From: Rhina ancylostomus
Lineage: Eukaryota
Assembly (NCBI GenBank): GCA_030265395.1
Contig: JARFYF010000063.1
Coordinates: forward strand, 35,910,730-35,972,656
Length of the DNA stretch: 61,927 nt
Reading direction: 5' to 3'
Shown: piece by piece, positions 12,282 through 25,285 of the stretch
How the letters are laid out: every line of letters begins with the position of its first letter
How positions within the stretch are numbered: position 1 is the stretch's first letter
Made by a program: the position numbers and the translations under genes
The notes under the pieces: generated by a model
Databases searched by the model: none
What the model saw: only the letters and a program-made list of their open reading frames with translations
Told to the model about the DNA's origin: nothing

Positions 12282-12463
12282 ATGAAGAAGCGGAAGGAGC
12301 TGAACGCGCTGATCGGTCTCACCGGCGACGGCAAGAAAAAGAAGCCGAAGAAAGGCTCCGGGCACCAGCTGCTGCTGAGGACCGAGACCATGGCCTCGGA
12401 TTCAGAATCGTCCTCTGATTTCGACGAGTTCGCCGAGCCGGCCTCCAGCTCCCTGTTCGCAAA
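12282..12463 (+). CDS. EFCAB14: EFCAB14 coding exon 1 (basic N-terminus and acidic Ser-rich patch)
   Basis: ATG at 12282 gives MKKRKELNALIGLTGDGKKKKPKKGSGHQLLLRTETMASDSESSSDFDEFAEPASSSLFA(K), matching the recalled EFCAB14 start MKKRKELNALIGL. Donor AA|GTAAGA at 12464. 182 nt, ends in phase 2. Lies in the CpG island. Confidence 0.96.
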
Positions 12464-13834
12464 GTAAGAATGAGCGCAGGCTGAGGCCCTTTAACTCCAG
12501 CTGCGGCTTGAGATGTTGGTGTTGGGGAACGGGACGGCGCCGGGTGGTCCTCTGGCATCCAGATGAAGCCATGTAGCATTGAAGTGCGACCTGCCACTGT
12601 GACCCGGTTGCTTGACTTTGTCAGATTTTTGTTTGCAAATCTGTTGCCACGAGAGCAGCGTTTTACACCCCACTTCCCTTCTAAGGTGGCTCTTCAATAC
12701 CCTTAACCAAAGTCTCCTGGGTGTATTCTGTTCCATACCAGGTCCCTTTAGCCTCTCATCCCTCCATTGTAGACCTGCATTGATCGCACAGTGCCTCAGT
12801 TCCGAAGAACCCATTGCAAACTTCTCTATGGCCGTGACCCTTTGTAGCTGCAATCTGTTTAAGGCCTATATCCAAGTCTCCGTGGGCATTCGTCTTTCGT
12901 TATTGGTAACAGGATCTTCATCTAAATAAGTGATATGCAGTGGGACTTCCACGTAGCTCTCATTCGCTACTAACCTAAGATTTGCAATTTTGACCAAGCT
13001 TTCGTTTGGTCAAAATTTCTGTTGCTAACATCTTTAATTCAGTATTCATTGTTCTCATTTAGACAATACATTGGCATGTTTTTTGCTGCAGAGGCACCAC
13101 ATGTGCATATTAAGTTTGAAGATGTATGTGCCCCTTATGTTTTCAAGATTTCAAAGAAGCCCATTTAATAGAGATCAAAAGTCTTGAGTTTAGATATTTC
13201 GATTTTATTTGCCCAGTGATAACTGGAAAACATGTTCAAATTGAACATCAAAATGGAGATGGGAGAAAATGGGTAAACCCTTTTAAGAAACAAAAACAGT
13301 GGTTCAAGATTTGATGATAACTTTTAAACTATTTGAAAGTGAAAATAAATGAAAAATTATGAAGGGAAAATCTGAGAAAATTTTCCTTGGATATATTCTA
13401 CAAGAGGTATAGGTGTCATGGGATGAATGGTTGCCTTCTAGCATGTAAAATTGAATGATACTTTTGTATAGTTTGCATCCTTGTACAATGTATGCCATTT
13501 CTGCAGGCACGTTTCCAGGCACTTAGGACGTACAAGCAGTGCAGTTTCACCTGCGTCTATATATGTCTTTTGTGTAAGCGTCAATCTATGTAGTACAACT
13601 TTAGCTGAATGTCTTTATCACTCTTGATCACTGAAGTAATTTTTTTAAATGTCATGTGTATTTTTAAGTTTTTTCATTTCCAATGGCATTGAAATTGTAG
13701 CATTTAACTTATTTGTCCATTACTCAAGTTTATTCAGGTGTTATACAAACTAAATGGATCAAAATATCAGTTACTTTGTTTAGAGTTTCAGATATCAATG
13801 TGCATTTCAACCTCAGCCTTTTCTTCTTTTGCAG

Positions 13835-13983
13835 GGGAGGCTACGTGAAATGCTGCAGGATTTGTTATCCACTATGTGCATTTGTTATGCTAGCTGCTTG
13901 TGTAGTAGCTTGTGTTGGTTTGGTCTGGATGCAGGTTGCTCTCAAAGAAGATCTGGATGCACTGAAAGAAAAGTTTAGAACAC
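13835..13983 (+). CDS. EFCAB14: EFCAB14 coding exon 2 (Cys-rich juxtamembrane region and transmembrane helix)
   Basis: Acceptor ttttcttcttttgcag, donor C|GTAAGT. Encodes GGYVKCCRICYPLCAFVMLAACVVACVGLVWMQVALKEDLDALKEKFRT. 149 nt, phase 2 to 1. Confidence 0.97.
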
Positions 13984-15259
13984 GTAAGTATAAACAATAT
14001 GTATGTACAATCAATCATAAACAAGAAGTATTTTTTGCAAAAAAAATGTGTGGTTTGAGATATTCTGCACAGGATCAGGGATTTTAGTACTTTTGCATTT
14101 GACATGAGGAGCAAAAATGATTGGCCTGTGGAGAATAGAAATTTCAGGAAGCCAGGATGCAGGGATAAACATTAAATTTATGTTAGATGAATGAAACTTC
14201 TAAGGAAATACAAGTTTTTATGTGGTTCATTGTCAATACAACACTGGTCAGTTTTTTTCTTAAGTTAGTTCATCAATTGTTGGAAATAATTCCAGTATTT
14301 CAAATGATCAATGGGAATGTCATAGTGGACAGTACAGGGTGTAAATTATCTACTCTTCATAGTGTATGGGCTTCGCAAGTAAGGCCAGTATTTATTGCTC
14401 ATTTCTAATTGTCCATGCGAAGATGGTGTTCTAGAACTTCTTCAGTCTTTCTCATGATGGTACTGTCATTATGTTGTTGGATTGGGAGTTCCAGTATTTA
14501 TGCTATAAAATGATTACCTGGTGATTAAATTTCCAAGTCAGGCTTGGGTAACGTGGAAGGGAACCTTGTATGAAGGTCAGTTATTAGGTGTGGCAGGAGT
14601 TTTAACCTGTCTTTAACCAGTGTTTTACCTAATTTGGAAGAGATTAGTGTTGATTCTGGATGCAAAAAAAAAGCAAAATGCTATATTCCATTAACACTAA
14701 AGTACAAATGTATCTGGTATCTCAAAACACTTTAAGTTTTTGTATTGATCACTTTTTCACCCTTAAGTCCAAAACTTGTGTTGTGAGAGTTACAGAAGAA
14801 ATATTCATCAGAGGTTACTTTCATCCTACAAGTTATGGTTGGATCCAGACTTGACTCTGAATTTTGAGGGGCTGGTACCTAACTTGCAGTGGTATTGAGT
14901 TCCCTAGAATTTGAATTAGAATGGGAAAAATGCTACCTGCTTCATATTGCTGCATATTCAGTCAAAAGCAGAATTTCCCCAGAGATGTGTAGCAGAAGAC
15001 TAATTCCTGGACTGTAAAATAGAAGCCTGTATAGAAATTAAGATGTTGAATTCCAAATAGGAGGTCCAAAGAGGTGTGCTTCTTGAGAAGGAAACCCTGC
15101 TATATGTTTCTTTGAATGTAACTTTGAGGAGAATATTTTTTAGTTCTAGCTTTATTTGCAGATTGTAATGGTAGAAGGATTAAAGATAGGGATGAGGATA
15201 ATGTTTTCCACCCAAATTTGGAACTTGGAATGAGGATGATGGTAGAGGCTCAAACCCTC

Positions 15260-15960
15260 TATTAGATTGGTAATCCAGAGGCTTGAACTAATGATCTGGA
15301 GATCTGTTCAAGTTATGTCCATGGCAGCTGGGTATTGCAAATTCAGTAAATGAAATGAGCATGAAGCAAAAAGCAGCTTTAAAAAAAAATGCAGCTCTCC
15401 TTTCAGAAAGTAAATCTGCCATCTATACCATTTTTAACAGTCATTCCAGATCCACTGCAAAATGGTTAACTTCACTTCCCCAAGGAAGTGCAGTCATCTT
15501 AGAACTGAACAGACTGCCCAGTGTTGACCTAGATACTTAATTTGGTAAAGGTGGGCACACTAACCTGGGCGATCCTGCTGAGCCACTTCATTAACGTTGG
15601 GGAGGTGACAAGAATAGGGAGTGTTGTTCCTGCTTTGGACAAGCAATAACCTGATGCTCATTTAGAAATATCCTTTTGAACAAATGTCCTTGACACTTGT
15701 TGATGGAGTCTTCCAATCCCAGTAGAGGATAGACAAGTAAAAGTGACAGCATGCATGTTTGGTGGTCATTGCACTAGAAGCCTTCCGTATTGACCCTGGA
15801 CCTCTGCATCTTTTCATGCTGTTAAGTAACTTCCTGATTATCAGCTACTACTCTCCCCTAGGCTAATGAATCAATACTCCTCCATATTGAGCATCACTTG
15901 GTAGAAACACTGAAAGCATCAAGAATAAGGAATAGCTTTCTGGGTAGATTAGTTAGATTG
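15260..15960 (+). mobile_element. SINE-like head followed by a decayed LINE endonuclease-region fragment
   Basis: ggtaatccagaggc...gttcaag...catggcagctgg head; ctcctccatattgagcatcacttggtagaaacactg reads LLHIEHHLVETL. Confidence 0.45.
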
Positions 15961-16009
15961 TCCAGCCCCTGGGTGAAGAAATTACACCGTCATAAGTGAG
16001 GTAATATGT

Positions 16010-16340
16010 GAGGGTGGGATGTTAGTGCAGCAGTACTGCTGCCTCACAGCTCCAGCAACCTGGTTCAATCCATAACCTTTGTGGAGTTTGCACATTCTGT
16101 CTGTGACTGCAGGGGTTTCCCTCACATCCTCTGGTTTCCTATGCATCTCAAGGATGTTTCAGTTAGTAGCTTAATTGGCTGCTGTTAATTATCCAGGATA
16201 TAGGTGGGTGATAGAATCAGGGCAGAGTTGATGGTCATATGAGAAAGAATGGGTTAGATGGAGCTAACTAAGGGAATGAGATTTCTCTGAGAGCTACTAT
16301 AGACTCAGTGGGATGAATGGTCTTCTACGTCATAGGATAA
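16010..16340 (+). mobile_element. tRNA-derived HE1/V-SINE-like element
   Basis: ctgctgcctcacagctccag...ggttcaatcc (B-box-like)...gtggagtttgcacattct...ggtttcct core. Confidence 0.75.
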
Positions 16341-16349
16341 TATGAGTAA

Positions 16350-17075
16350 AAATATGGGGTGGCAAAAATGGCAAGGGAATTCATCATAAATGGCAGGATG
16401 CTTAGAAGTGTGGAGGATCAGAGGGAATCTATAATACATATTCACAAATCCTTGAAGGTAGCAGGACAGGTAGGTTGGTGGTTAAGAAGGCCTGTAGAAT
16501 GCTTGCCTTTATCAGTTGAGGCATAGAACACATAAGCATGGACATCATACTACAAAACATTTAATTAGACTTCAGTTTGAATTATATATACTGTTCTGGT
16601 TCCCATTCTACAAGAATGCAGTAGTATTGGAGGGGTTCAGAGGATATATGAAGGTGCTGCTGAGGCTGGAGAATTATTGTTATGAGGAGGAACTGTAGGT
16701 TGTGGTTTTCTTTTGAACAAAGGAAATGGAAGGTTTAATCATGGTTCAAGAAAAAAGATTGGGGGGGAAAAATATGATAAATGAAACCTGATTCACTTAA
16801 GTGGTCAGTAACTGGAGGGCATGGGTAAGTTAACTGGTACAAGAAGCAAAGGGGTTTTGATTGGTAAAGTCTGAAGCAGCATTGAATGGCTTTCTACATC
16901 ATCGTAAAATACGGGGTAACTCGCATGGTTTTTTAAAAAAGTACCTGGATGCATATTTGAGCTATAATTTGCAGGTCTACAGAACAAGAGCTGGGATGTG
17001 CTATTTATGTAAACTCAATTCTGAAACTCATGGATACAATGGACCAAATGGCCTCCTTTTGTACTATGATTTAGA
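16350..17075 (+). mobile_element. CR1-type LINE fragment (short additional tail at about 17340-17495)
   Basis: Same family motifs as the other copies, ending ggaccaaatggcctccttttgtactatga. Confidence 0.75.
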
Positions 17076-18139
17076 CTTCTTGCTCTGATCATGACAATGT
17101 CAGTTTTGGACCAATTGAGTTCACCCCATGTGATATTATGAAAGCCTAATTGCACCAGATACATTGAAGAGGAGGTCTAACCATTTCTACTTTAGGTTCA
17201 ATCCCAAAACAGTTGTGTAACTTCCCACCACACTAGGGTCATTATTGGCCTGAAACTTGCATAGCCTCTGGAGACAAGGTCAAAGGCTTTGCATTTTGAC
17301 TTAAGATCCCAGAATTCCGTAGTGTGGGAGTAGCAATACTATGGCAATAACAACTTTTAAAAAAACAATTGGACAGGTGCCTAGATTGGAAAGGTATAGA
17401 AGATTATGGGCCAAACACTGGCAAATGGGACTAACTTGGAGGGGCATTTTGGTTAGCATGGACCAGTTAGGCCGAAGGGTCTCTATGACTCCATAATACT
17501 GGTCACTGATAAAAGTAACAAGTTCCATTCAATATGAAGTTACAAGATTATTTTTTCCTTTTGTTTTAAAGCTCTTGAACTAGGAGGCATTAACTTTTTT
17601 TGAGTGGGAAGATGATTACTGGGTTCATGGTAAATTTTTTCTTTAGCGTTGTGACCTACAATAATGTCAGCCATCACACAACTTGTAGCATTCTCATCTC
17701 TATCAATAGTTCACATGTTCAAGTCTCATTGCAGAGACTGGCATACAAAAATCAAGGCTGACATCCAGCATAACAGGTACAGAATTGTGCTATTTGAGTT
17801 TCCAGCTTTTGCATAAGGAATTAAAATTTGAGGCCCTGCTCACCTCCTGGAATAAGTATGAATAATGTGCTGGTACTATTTTTACTAACAATAGGAAGTT
17901 ATTCCTAGTCTTAGTCGATATTTATCCCTCATTTGACATTTACTTAAATTAACTGGTCATCACATTGTTTGTTTTTGGGAGCTTTTGAATTGTGCAAGCA
18001 TATTTTATAATCTGCTTGGAAATGTATTTTCTTGTTCATCTGAGGTTAATCTGTTGGTGTGAATACAGTGTCTCATTGGATAAACATGAAAACCTGTTTA
18101 GCATATTGATAATGAACCTGTGCTCAACTATGGCTCTGG

Positions 18140-18560
18140 TTGTATTTTGCAACTGAGTCAAAAGTCAGTGGGTTCAAGTCCTGTTTCAATCTAGGCTGGC
18201 ATTTCATTGCATCACAGATTAACTGCTGCATGCGGTACTGAGAGAGTGCTATACTGTTAGAGATGCTCATCTTTAAGATGAAACATTAAATTGAGATCTC
18301 TTCTCCCTTCTCAGGCTCGTATTTTCTATATAAAAAAAAGCTTATGGCAATATTTTGAAGAGAGTTGTGGGAATTCATCTTGGGGTCATGGCCAGTCTTT
18401 ATTAATGATCTAAAAATACAACTAGCTAGTCATTATCATTGGTTGTTAATTGTCTCTTGTCTTCCCAGACTACAACAATAACCATGCTATTTTTAAAAAA
18501 AACTGTGTGATTGGCTCCAGGACACTTTAGTATGTTCAAAATTTGTGAAAGACTTTTCAA
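18140..18560 (+). mobile_element. Deu-domain/AmnSINE-like SINE (second decayed copy at about 17700-18000)
   Basis: gagtca...gtgggttcaagtcc head, then gtactgagagagtgct...gatgaaacattaaa...atggcaatattttgaaga core. Confidence 0.6.
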
Positions 18561-19812
18561 ATGTTGTAGGGTCTACTATTTGGTGGTCTAAGTGTTATGC
18601 AATGCCTCTGTTGTTATGAATTTTGATAGATATTACTTGGCATTAACCATGGAGTTGTACAGATTATGACATTGCTGGAAATGTTAAATCACTAAACAAG
18701 CTAATGTGAGATAAACAATAGTGAGAATGGAGCAGTTTAAAATAAAAATGTAGGCAGTAGACTGATTAAGGTATACTGCTGAAATAAAGCAGTTAGAGTA
18801 AAGCTGTTTCTTTCCTGGGAAAGGCAATTATTAGTTTAGTATAATACTAAATAGCTGATTTTTTTCACTACTTTCAGTTGTTGAGCTGTGACATTTTCAG
18901 CTTGGTCTGTTTGAAATATTGTAAGAGAATCCCTTTGAAATTCAAATGATTCAGTACAGCAGTAGATTGATTTGCTATTTTGATAGAAAAATGATTAGAA
19001 AATACCAGAACTCAGTGCTTTGCAAAAGTAACTGCATTACTTGCTCATTTCCTTCACAAATGGAAATAATGATCAAGTCTTTATGTTTGTTATATCCCAT
19101 TGATATATCTTGCAAGATCATAGTGTGGTAATTGTAATTGCTGTAGTTACAGTTGGACATTCGCTAATGGTAGGAGCATAAGTACAACTGTTTGAAATTC
19201 TTTTTCAGCTGTTTTTGTTCCAGCTAAATGCTCTATTCACTGATTGCTGGCAGTGACTCATGACCTAAACACATTGGAGACAAGAAGAACAATGTGATTT
19301 GTGTGGTTGACTGATAAATTGCAAACTCCAACTACTTCTGACAACTTTCTATTCTAAGTAGTAATAGGCATGTTTACAATATAATTGCCAGTGAACCTGT
19401 TGTAAAAGTCATGAATGATTGATGTATGTCTTTCTTCATACAGGGTTTTGCATTTAGCCTTCTAGTATCTTTATTGGCATGCAATAACAAAGTTGTAAGA
19501 AGCAACACTCAGAGGAATATATTTTCCCCCTATTAGCAAGTTTCCCTTCTGGGGAAAGTAATTCTGATTAAGGTAGGATTTGTAATTGTCAAATTTCTTC
19601 TGCACCACTCTGTTATTTTGATCAAAAGCTATGTGGTAAAAGCCTGCCTTTGGCCCGCTACTTCATCTAGTTTTCCCATTCCTTTCACGAGTATACTTTT
19701 GAGAACACAGATATGGAGTAAATCAGCTTTCCTTTTGGACTTGTGGTCTTTATACAGATTTACTTTTCTTCAAATTTTAGTTTTAAAACTAAAACATGTT
19801 TTGTCCTTGTAG

Positions 19813-19958
19813 TGGAAACTAGTCAAAAGGCCTCGTTTAGTGACATTCCAAAGCTAAATGAAGATCTTCTTGCAGTACAGAAGGAACTTATCAATTTAGA
19901 CGCTGGAGACAAAGGAATTAGCAAAATATGGACCAACATCACAGAACTAAATAAGCAA
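19813..19958 (+). CDS. EFCAB14: EFCAB14 coding exon 3 (coiled coil)
   Basis: Acceptor ttttgtccttgtag, donor CAA|GTAAGC. Encodes (L)ETSQKASFSDIPKLNEDLLAVQKELINLDAGDKGISKIWTNITELNKQ. 146 nt, phase 1 to 0. Confidence 0.95.
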
Positions 19959-20253
19959 GTAAGCAAACAGTGTGCTGTTTTTGCATAATGAAGAATGTAA
20001 TGGCTCAAAAGACAACGGAGAAGTTATTTATTGCAAATCTGGATTGTACGAAATGGATGTTCTTGTACTATCTAAAACTGTAAGTGATGGTCAGTGAGGT
20101 GGCAGTGAATACATATCACCAGATATGAAAATAGAAGGATAAGAGGATAGCAAGAAGTAAAATAAATGAAGAGAGAAGGCTTTAAAAGTACCTAGGAAAT
20201 TCCATATCTGTGAATCGGTGATATTTTGTGTTTTGGGTTGACCAGCAGGAAAT

Positions 20254-21600
20254 GAACATTCACTTGGACCATTTCTGACACTTCTCAGCTTTTCCTGGAT
20301 CTTTCTGTCTCCATTTCAGGAGAGACTCTATCTACTGACATTTACTTTAAACCCACTGATTCCCGCAGCTACCTTGACTGCACCTCCTCCCACCCAGTCT
20401 CTAGTAATGATGCCATCCTTTTCTCCCAGTTTCTCTGTCTGCGCTGCATCTGTTCTTAAGTTGAGGTTTTCCCATTCCAGGACGTCTGCAATGTCCTTTT
20501 TCAGGAAATGTGGCTTCCACTCTTGCGATTAATAGAGCTGTCACTTGCATTTCCTCCATTTCCTGGACTCCTGCTCTCACTCCACCTCCACCTAGACAGA
20601 ACACAGTTCTCTTGGTCCTGGCAGTTCACCTGGTCCTGGTAGTTCACCCCACTAGACTTCGAATCCAGTACTTCATCCTTCATCATTTCTGTCAGCTGTA
20701 ATAAGATCCCACCACCAGTCACATCTTCTCCTCCCCCACCCCTTGCTGCTTTCCAAAAACCCTGTTTTGCTCATCTCCACCCACTCACCCCTCCTTGTCC
20801 CCTAGCACTTTCCCCTGCAACCATAGGAGGGTCAGCCCTTGTCCCTACCCTCTTGTCCCTCATTATCATCCAGGGATCTGAACAGCCCTTCCAAGTGAGG
20901 CGGAGATTCACGTACACCACCTCCAACCTTGTTTACTCCATTCAGTGCTCCCAATGCAACCTCTTCAACAATGGCAAGACAAGTGTAGACTAGGCAACCA
21001 TTTGGCAAAACACCTGCGCTCTGTCCCTAATGGGCATCCCACACTCCCAGTTGCATTGCATTTCAGCTCTCCATTCCCACACCTACCTGTCTGCCTTCAT
21101 CCTTTTCCACTGCCAGGGTGAGGCCAAATGCAAACTAGAAGACAACACCTCGTTTTTTGACTGGGTCATCTACAAACTAATGGTATGAACATTTGGATTT
21201 TCCATTTTCAGGTAACCTAAATGATTTACCCATTTTCTCCCCTCTTCCATCTGGTTCCATCAGCCTACCACCCACACACTATATTTATTGGGTCTCCAAT
21301 CCACTCCACCACTGGTTCCATCTGCCTGACATCCCTCCCTTCCTTACTTATTAGATTCTAGCATCTGCAGCCTCTTGTGTCTCCACTTATCACCTTAGTG
21401 ATTCTTTCTCTACCTGCACCTCCCTTGCCCTACCTGGCTCCATCTGCCCATCATCCCCCACTTGCACCTTATTGGCTGCCAGTTCCTGCCTCACCCTTCC
21501 TCTCACCTCTTTATACTGGCTATCTCCCTTCTGCACACTCAGTCCTGATGCAGTAACTCGATCTGAAATATTGAACATCTTTCCCTCCACAGATGCTGCT
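20254..21600 (+). mobile_element. Penelope-like element 3' half: RT thumb, GIY-YIG endonuclease and terminal repeat
   Basis: Hand translation gives FLDLSVSISGETLSTDIYFKPTDSRSYLDCTSSHP (RT C-terminus) and FQVRRRFTYTTSNLVYSIQCSQCNLFNNGKT (decayed GIY-YIG). Ends with a hammerhead-like motif and tccacagatgctgc. Confidence 0.85.
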
Positions 21601-22503
21601 CAAGGGTGGTGGGTATATGGAACAAGCTGACAGAGGATGTGGTAGAGGTGGGAACAGTTGCAATGTTTAAAAGAACAGATTCACGGATAGGAAATGTTTA
21701 GAGGGAGATGGGCCAATTGTGTTGTCCACCAATACTTTACAGTGTCACTGCAATTAAGTCTGGCTGTGAGATTAGCACAGGGAGTAACTGTGGGTGATAG
21801 CTACAGTTTGTTTTTTGTATCCTTTCCCAGTTTTTATTTTATTTATATTGTATGGCTCTTCACAGTCCTAAACATATGCTGCTGCCTAGTGAAACTTGGG
21901 GTTCTAAAGTGTGGCATTCCCATGCAAGCAAGCTTGATTACTACTGAAATAGCTTTAATTGGTAAAGTTCTGAGAAATCTATTCTGATTCTTTCCTTCCT
22001 AACTTCCTCCAGCTCTTGTATTTATAGCCCTTTATCTTTTCTATGGTATCTTTTGCTTCTCTAGTCTTCAGCCCAATCTTTGCCTTTGTCCCTACCAGTG
22101 CCATGTTTCACTATTTTCAGAACTTCCTGAATGTCCAATGAACTTTCAGAATGTCCAATGACAGATCTGTCTGTTTTTTTAAAAATTATTCAAGTTTTAT
22201 CTGCTGATGAATGCTTTCAATTTAGGCAATTTATTTGCTCTGTCTGCTCAATATTATTTAAACTCTGAAGTTAGCCAATATGCAGATTTTCAGCAAAAAG
22301 TTTTTTTTCTTTGGTTTGGGGCAGCACATTTGCAGGAATTGGGGAAAATTACAAAATGAGGATAATGTTATTGTCTGAGAAAGCAGTAGATGTTGTCATG
22401 TGAGTGGAAGAGAAACTGATTGCAAGCCTTTAAATCTGATTTTTGTTTTGTTTTCAGCTTGTATTTGAATGTAACGCAAATCACATTTTTGTTTTATTAC
22501 TAG

Positions 22504-22602
22504 ATTAACCAGCTGAATTCAGCTGTTGCTCATTTAAAAGCCAATGTCAAGTCAGCATCTGATCTAATCAATCTTCCAGTCACTGTTGAAGAACTCCAGA
22601 AG
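22504..22602 (+). CDS. EFCAB14: EFCAB14 coding exon 4
   Basis: Not in the ORF track; translated by hand. Acceptor tttttgttttattactag, donor AAG|GTATTT. Encodes INQLNSAVAHLKANVKSASDLINLPVTVEELQK. 99 nt, phase 0 to 0. Confidence 0.95.
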
Positions 22603-23775
22603 GTATTTTTTTTTGTCTAGTTTTATTTGCATGACTTATTTGACTAAAAACACTGATATTTTAATCTTTTACATCAGATGTAGCAGTTCTTCTGTTCATG
22701 CATACATCTTGCTTTTTATGTACCATTTATTGCAACAGTAAAATTTTTTTAACTTCATAGTTGGGATTTAAATCCAAAAGGGTCAGAAGATCAATAAAGT
22801 GACTAAAATCATTAGAAAACTGTCAAAAGAAATATTTGTAGGAGAATATATTAATACTACAAAGGAGTGTTTTTTTTAATGTGTATATAGATATACACAA
22901 TAAGCCTAGAATAGTATTTTTTTAACATGGCTATCATTTGATCAAACTCTTACAAAAGGTAGTATGCAGTACATATGTTTGACATATCCTGTTTGGTCTT
23001 TGCAAATCAATTAAGAGTTGACAATCCTAATATTACAAATATATGTGAGTGAAGAAGACCAGATTTGAAAGATAGGGGTACATTGGCAAGATGTTACATT
23101 AGATCAGGTTGCAGGGAAGAGTGGACCTGTGGAAAGGGACAAACAATATTAAAATATGTGCACTTCAGAATTTTGGCCCTCTTTGGAGGCTGGTCACCAT
23201 GGGAGTGTTAGGTGAACATTTATGTGGGGCTCTAGAAGAGTTGGATTTACCTTGGATGCAACCATGGGCTTGGCTGTAAGAATGGTTTGAAAATGTGCAG
23301 CTTTTATATTAAGCTTGTATTCAGTTGTGACAAAGTATAAAATCTATACGTTTTAAAATATGTCTGTGACATGTAATTTACTGATTTATAGGTTGTTGAA
23401 AGGACTCAATGAATAGACACAATGTGTTGAGTCACTTCTCTTGTGCACGTTCTCTTACTGTAGGCCTATAATGTTTAGGTGGAATTAAATCTGAAGTCTT
23501 TAGCCAACAGAATTGTGGAAGGACAGCCATTCAAGTTGGAGTGGCTGAAGAAGGCAGCCAGCCATCACTTCTGAACAGCAACTGGGGTTGAGCCATAAGT
23601 ACATCACTAGTATCTAGAAAATCAGTATTTAAAAAAAAGACTAATGTACCTTAAACTCTAGTTTCTGGGAGTAAATGCTTCCAATTTTTGGAAAGTTTAA
23701 GAAGTTAATAAGTTACAGAAGAGAAATGCATGTGTAACTTCAAAAAAACTGAGCTTACTGCATTGATCATTATAG

Positions 23776-23886
23776 AGTGTTGCCACAATCGGGAGCACAC
23801 TTACTAGTGTTCAGCATGACGTTGGTACTATACAAGCAGCCTTAGAAGATCAGAAGAAAAAAATGGAGACACTTCAGCAAAGTGAG
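23776..23886 (+). CDS. EFCAB14: EFCAB14 coding exon 5
   Basis: Not in the ORF track; translated by hand. Acceptor gatcattatag, donor GAG|GTAAGG. Encodes SVATIGSTLTSVQHDVGTIQAALEDQKKKMETLQQSE. 111 nt, phase 0 to 0. Confidence 0.93.
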
Positions 23887-24369
23887 GTAAGGAATGCATT
23901 TGAAAGGAATCAGGATTAGAATATTCCAGATAGTGATTTTTTTTTTCCCAATTTCTTGTAGAATGCACAGACAATTATTTTTCCTTGTATCCTTTTTGCA
24001 TTTATAATTTGTTTGTGATACTGGAGTTGTAATAAAATATTACATTAATGTAATAGTTATATAATGGCTGTTGACATGGTTTACAGACCAGCATTTCAAT
24101 TAAAATGTCTGAAAGGTAGAAGAATATTATTGAAGTTCGATGGTTAATGCCACAATTTTTCTATCATTATTAACCTGTTAATTTAACAATTGCTACCAAT
24201 ATTGCTTAGTGATGTAAACAGGCTAATCTGCAAAATACTTCATAGAGGTATTGATTCAATTACTCCTTTTGAATATAGGTCTGTTAGTTATAGTGTTTTG
24301 ATGTAGAGAAAACAGACTAATTTGACAGATTAAAATTGTGTTCATATCTCTGTAGATAGGCAAATTATA

Positions 24370-24641
24370 CAGGCCCCCCCCCCTATATTACAGGGGGGGG
24401 TTTGAGTTCCTAAAAAAAGGCCACATTGTGATTTTCTGTAATGAGAAGATGCGTCGTCTGCGCGTATGTCAAGAAACACAAGTTTAAGAAGATAAATATT
24501 GGTGTTGATTTATTTACTTTTTCCACATAAATTCCATGAAAGTGAATCTTAATCTGTTTCTCAAATTTTTGAAAAGTGGATTGTGAATTCTGCAAGGGTG
24601 CATTTCTGTAACCCAAACGGCCATAATGCAGGAGTCACGTG
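24370..24641. mobile_element. Probable Tc1/mariner-pogo (Tigger-like) MITE
   Basis: Flanked by TA at 24368-24369 and 24642-24643. Degenerate inverted ends: cctatattac...gtttgagttcctaaaa versus reverse-complemented cctgcattat...gtttgggttacagaaa. Confidence 0.45.
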
Positions 24642-25240
24642 TATAGTCTAGTGTTAAGCCATTCAGGAAAGGAAATTACCAGGTTCAATCTCTGGTCAGA
24701 CTGGCTTAGTTTCCTAAAGCTTTTCCAGTAGACCTCCCTCTCCCCACTGGCAATTGTTTTGTGGGATTGAGTGGTGAATGGACTGTCATCAAAGTTAACT
24801 AACTATTAATGTGGATTTTTGTGCTTGTAATATTGTTGGCTAGTTAAGATGAAAAACAGGAAATGCCAAAATTTTGAGCATAATTTTCCTTGCATGTATG
24901 CATTTATATAAAAATCCTTTTTTACCTGAAAGCATAGGAAAGTTGTGATAATACCCTTTAAATTGGGTAAAGATTTCTCTATTTTTAATAAAAGCAGAAA
25001 GCATTCTAAATGTACAACAGGTCTATTAATATTTGGAAAAAATAAAAAAATGTCTGTTTCAAGGATAGATCCATATGGATTTGGAAACTGAACAAACTCT
25101 CTTGATAAAACTGAAGAAAATGAAAGGCAGATTAGAGGGAAAGGACAATGAATTCTTTTAACCAAACTTTTAACTTGACTTTCACTCCTTTTATGGCACT
25201 GTGGCATAAACCACCCAAGTTCTTTCTCCTTCTGCACTTA

Positions 25241-25285
25241 ATTCCATTCCATTTTCATTCCATTCCATTCTGCATTCCATTTTCA
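25241..25285. repeat. Imperfect (CATTC)n microsatellite
   Basis: attccattccattttcattccattccattctgcattccatt. Confidence 0.8.

Larger units (their letters stand above)
11820..12660. promoter_or_regulatory. CpG island / EFCAB14 promoter, possibly bidirectional
   Basis: Abrupt GC- and CpG-rich stretch in an AT-rich, CpG-poor window. GC box GGGGCGG at 12086-12092, CRE-like TGACGT at 12032-12037 and TGCGTCA at 12007-12013, E2F-like TTCGCGC from 11992. Confidence 0.85.

Noticed and set aside
11823-12597. Long minus-strand ORFs (180, 126, 106 and 92 aa) over the promoter and exon 1
   Set aside because: They are antisense shadows of GC-rich coding and CpG-island DNA and include microsatellite translation (SQSVSQSV). 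No recognisable domain.
16010-16075. tRNA gene, suggested by A/B-box-like motifs (also near 18160 and 45150)
   Set aside because: These are SINE heads with no complete cloverleaf, followed by SINE core sequence.
20613-22160. Short tandem duplications (18 bp at 20613-20648; about 20 bp near 22120-22160)
   Set aside because: Only two units each with no spacers: ordinary slippage duplications, not CRISPR-like arrays.
24806-25237. 143-aa minus-strand ORF
   Set aside because: AT-rich, F/L/K-biased translation with no motif or splice support; likely chance.
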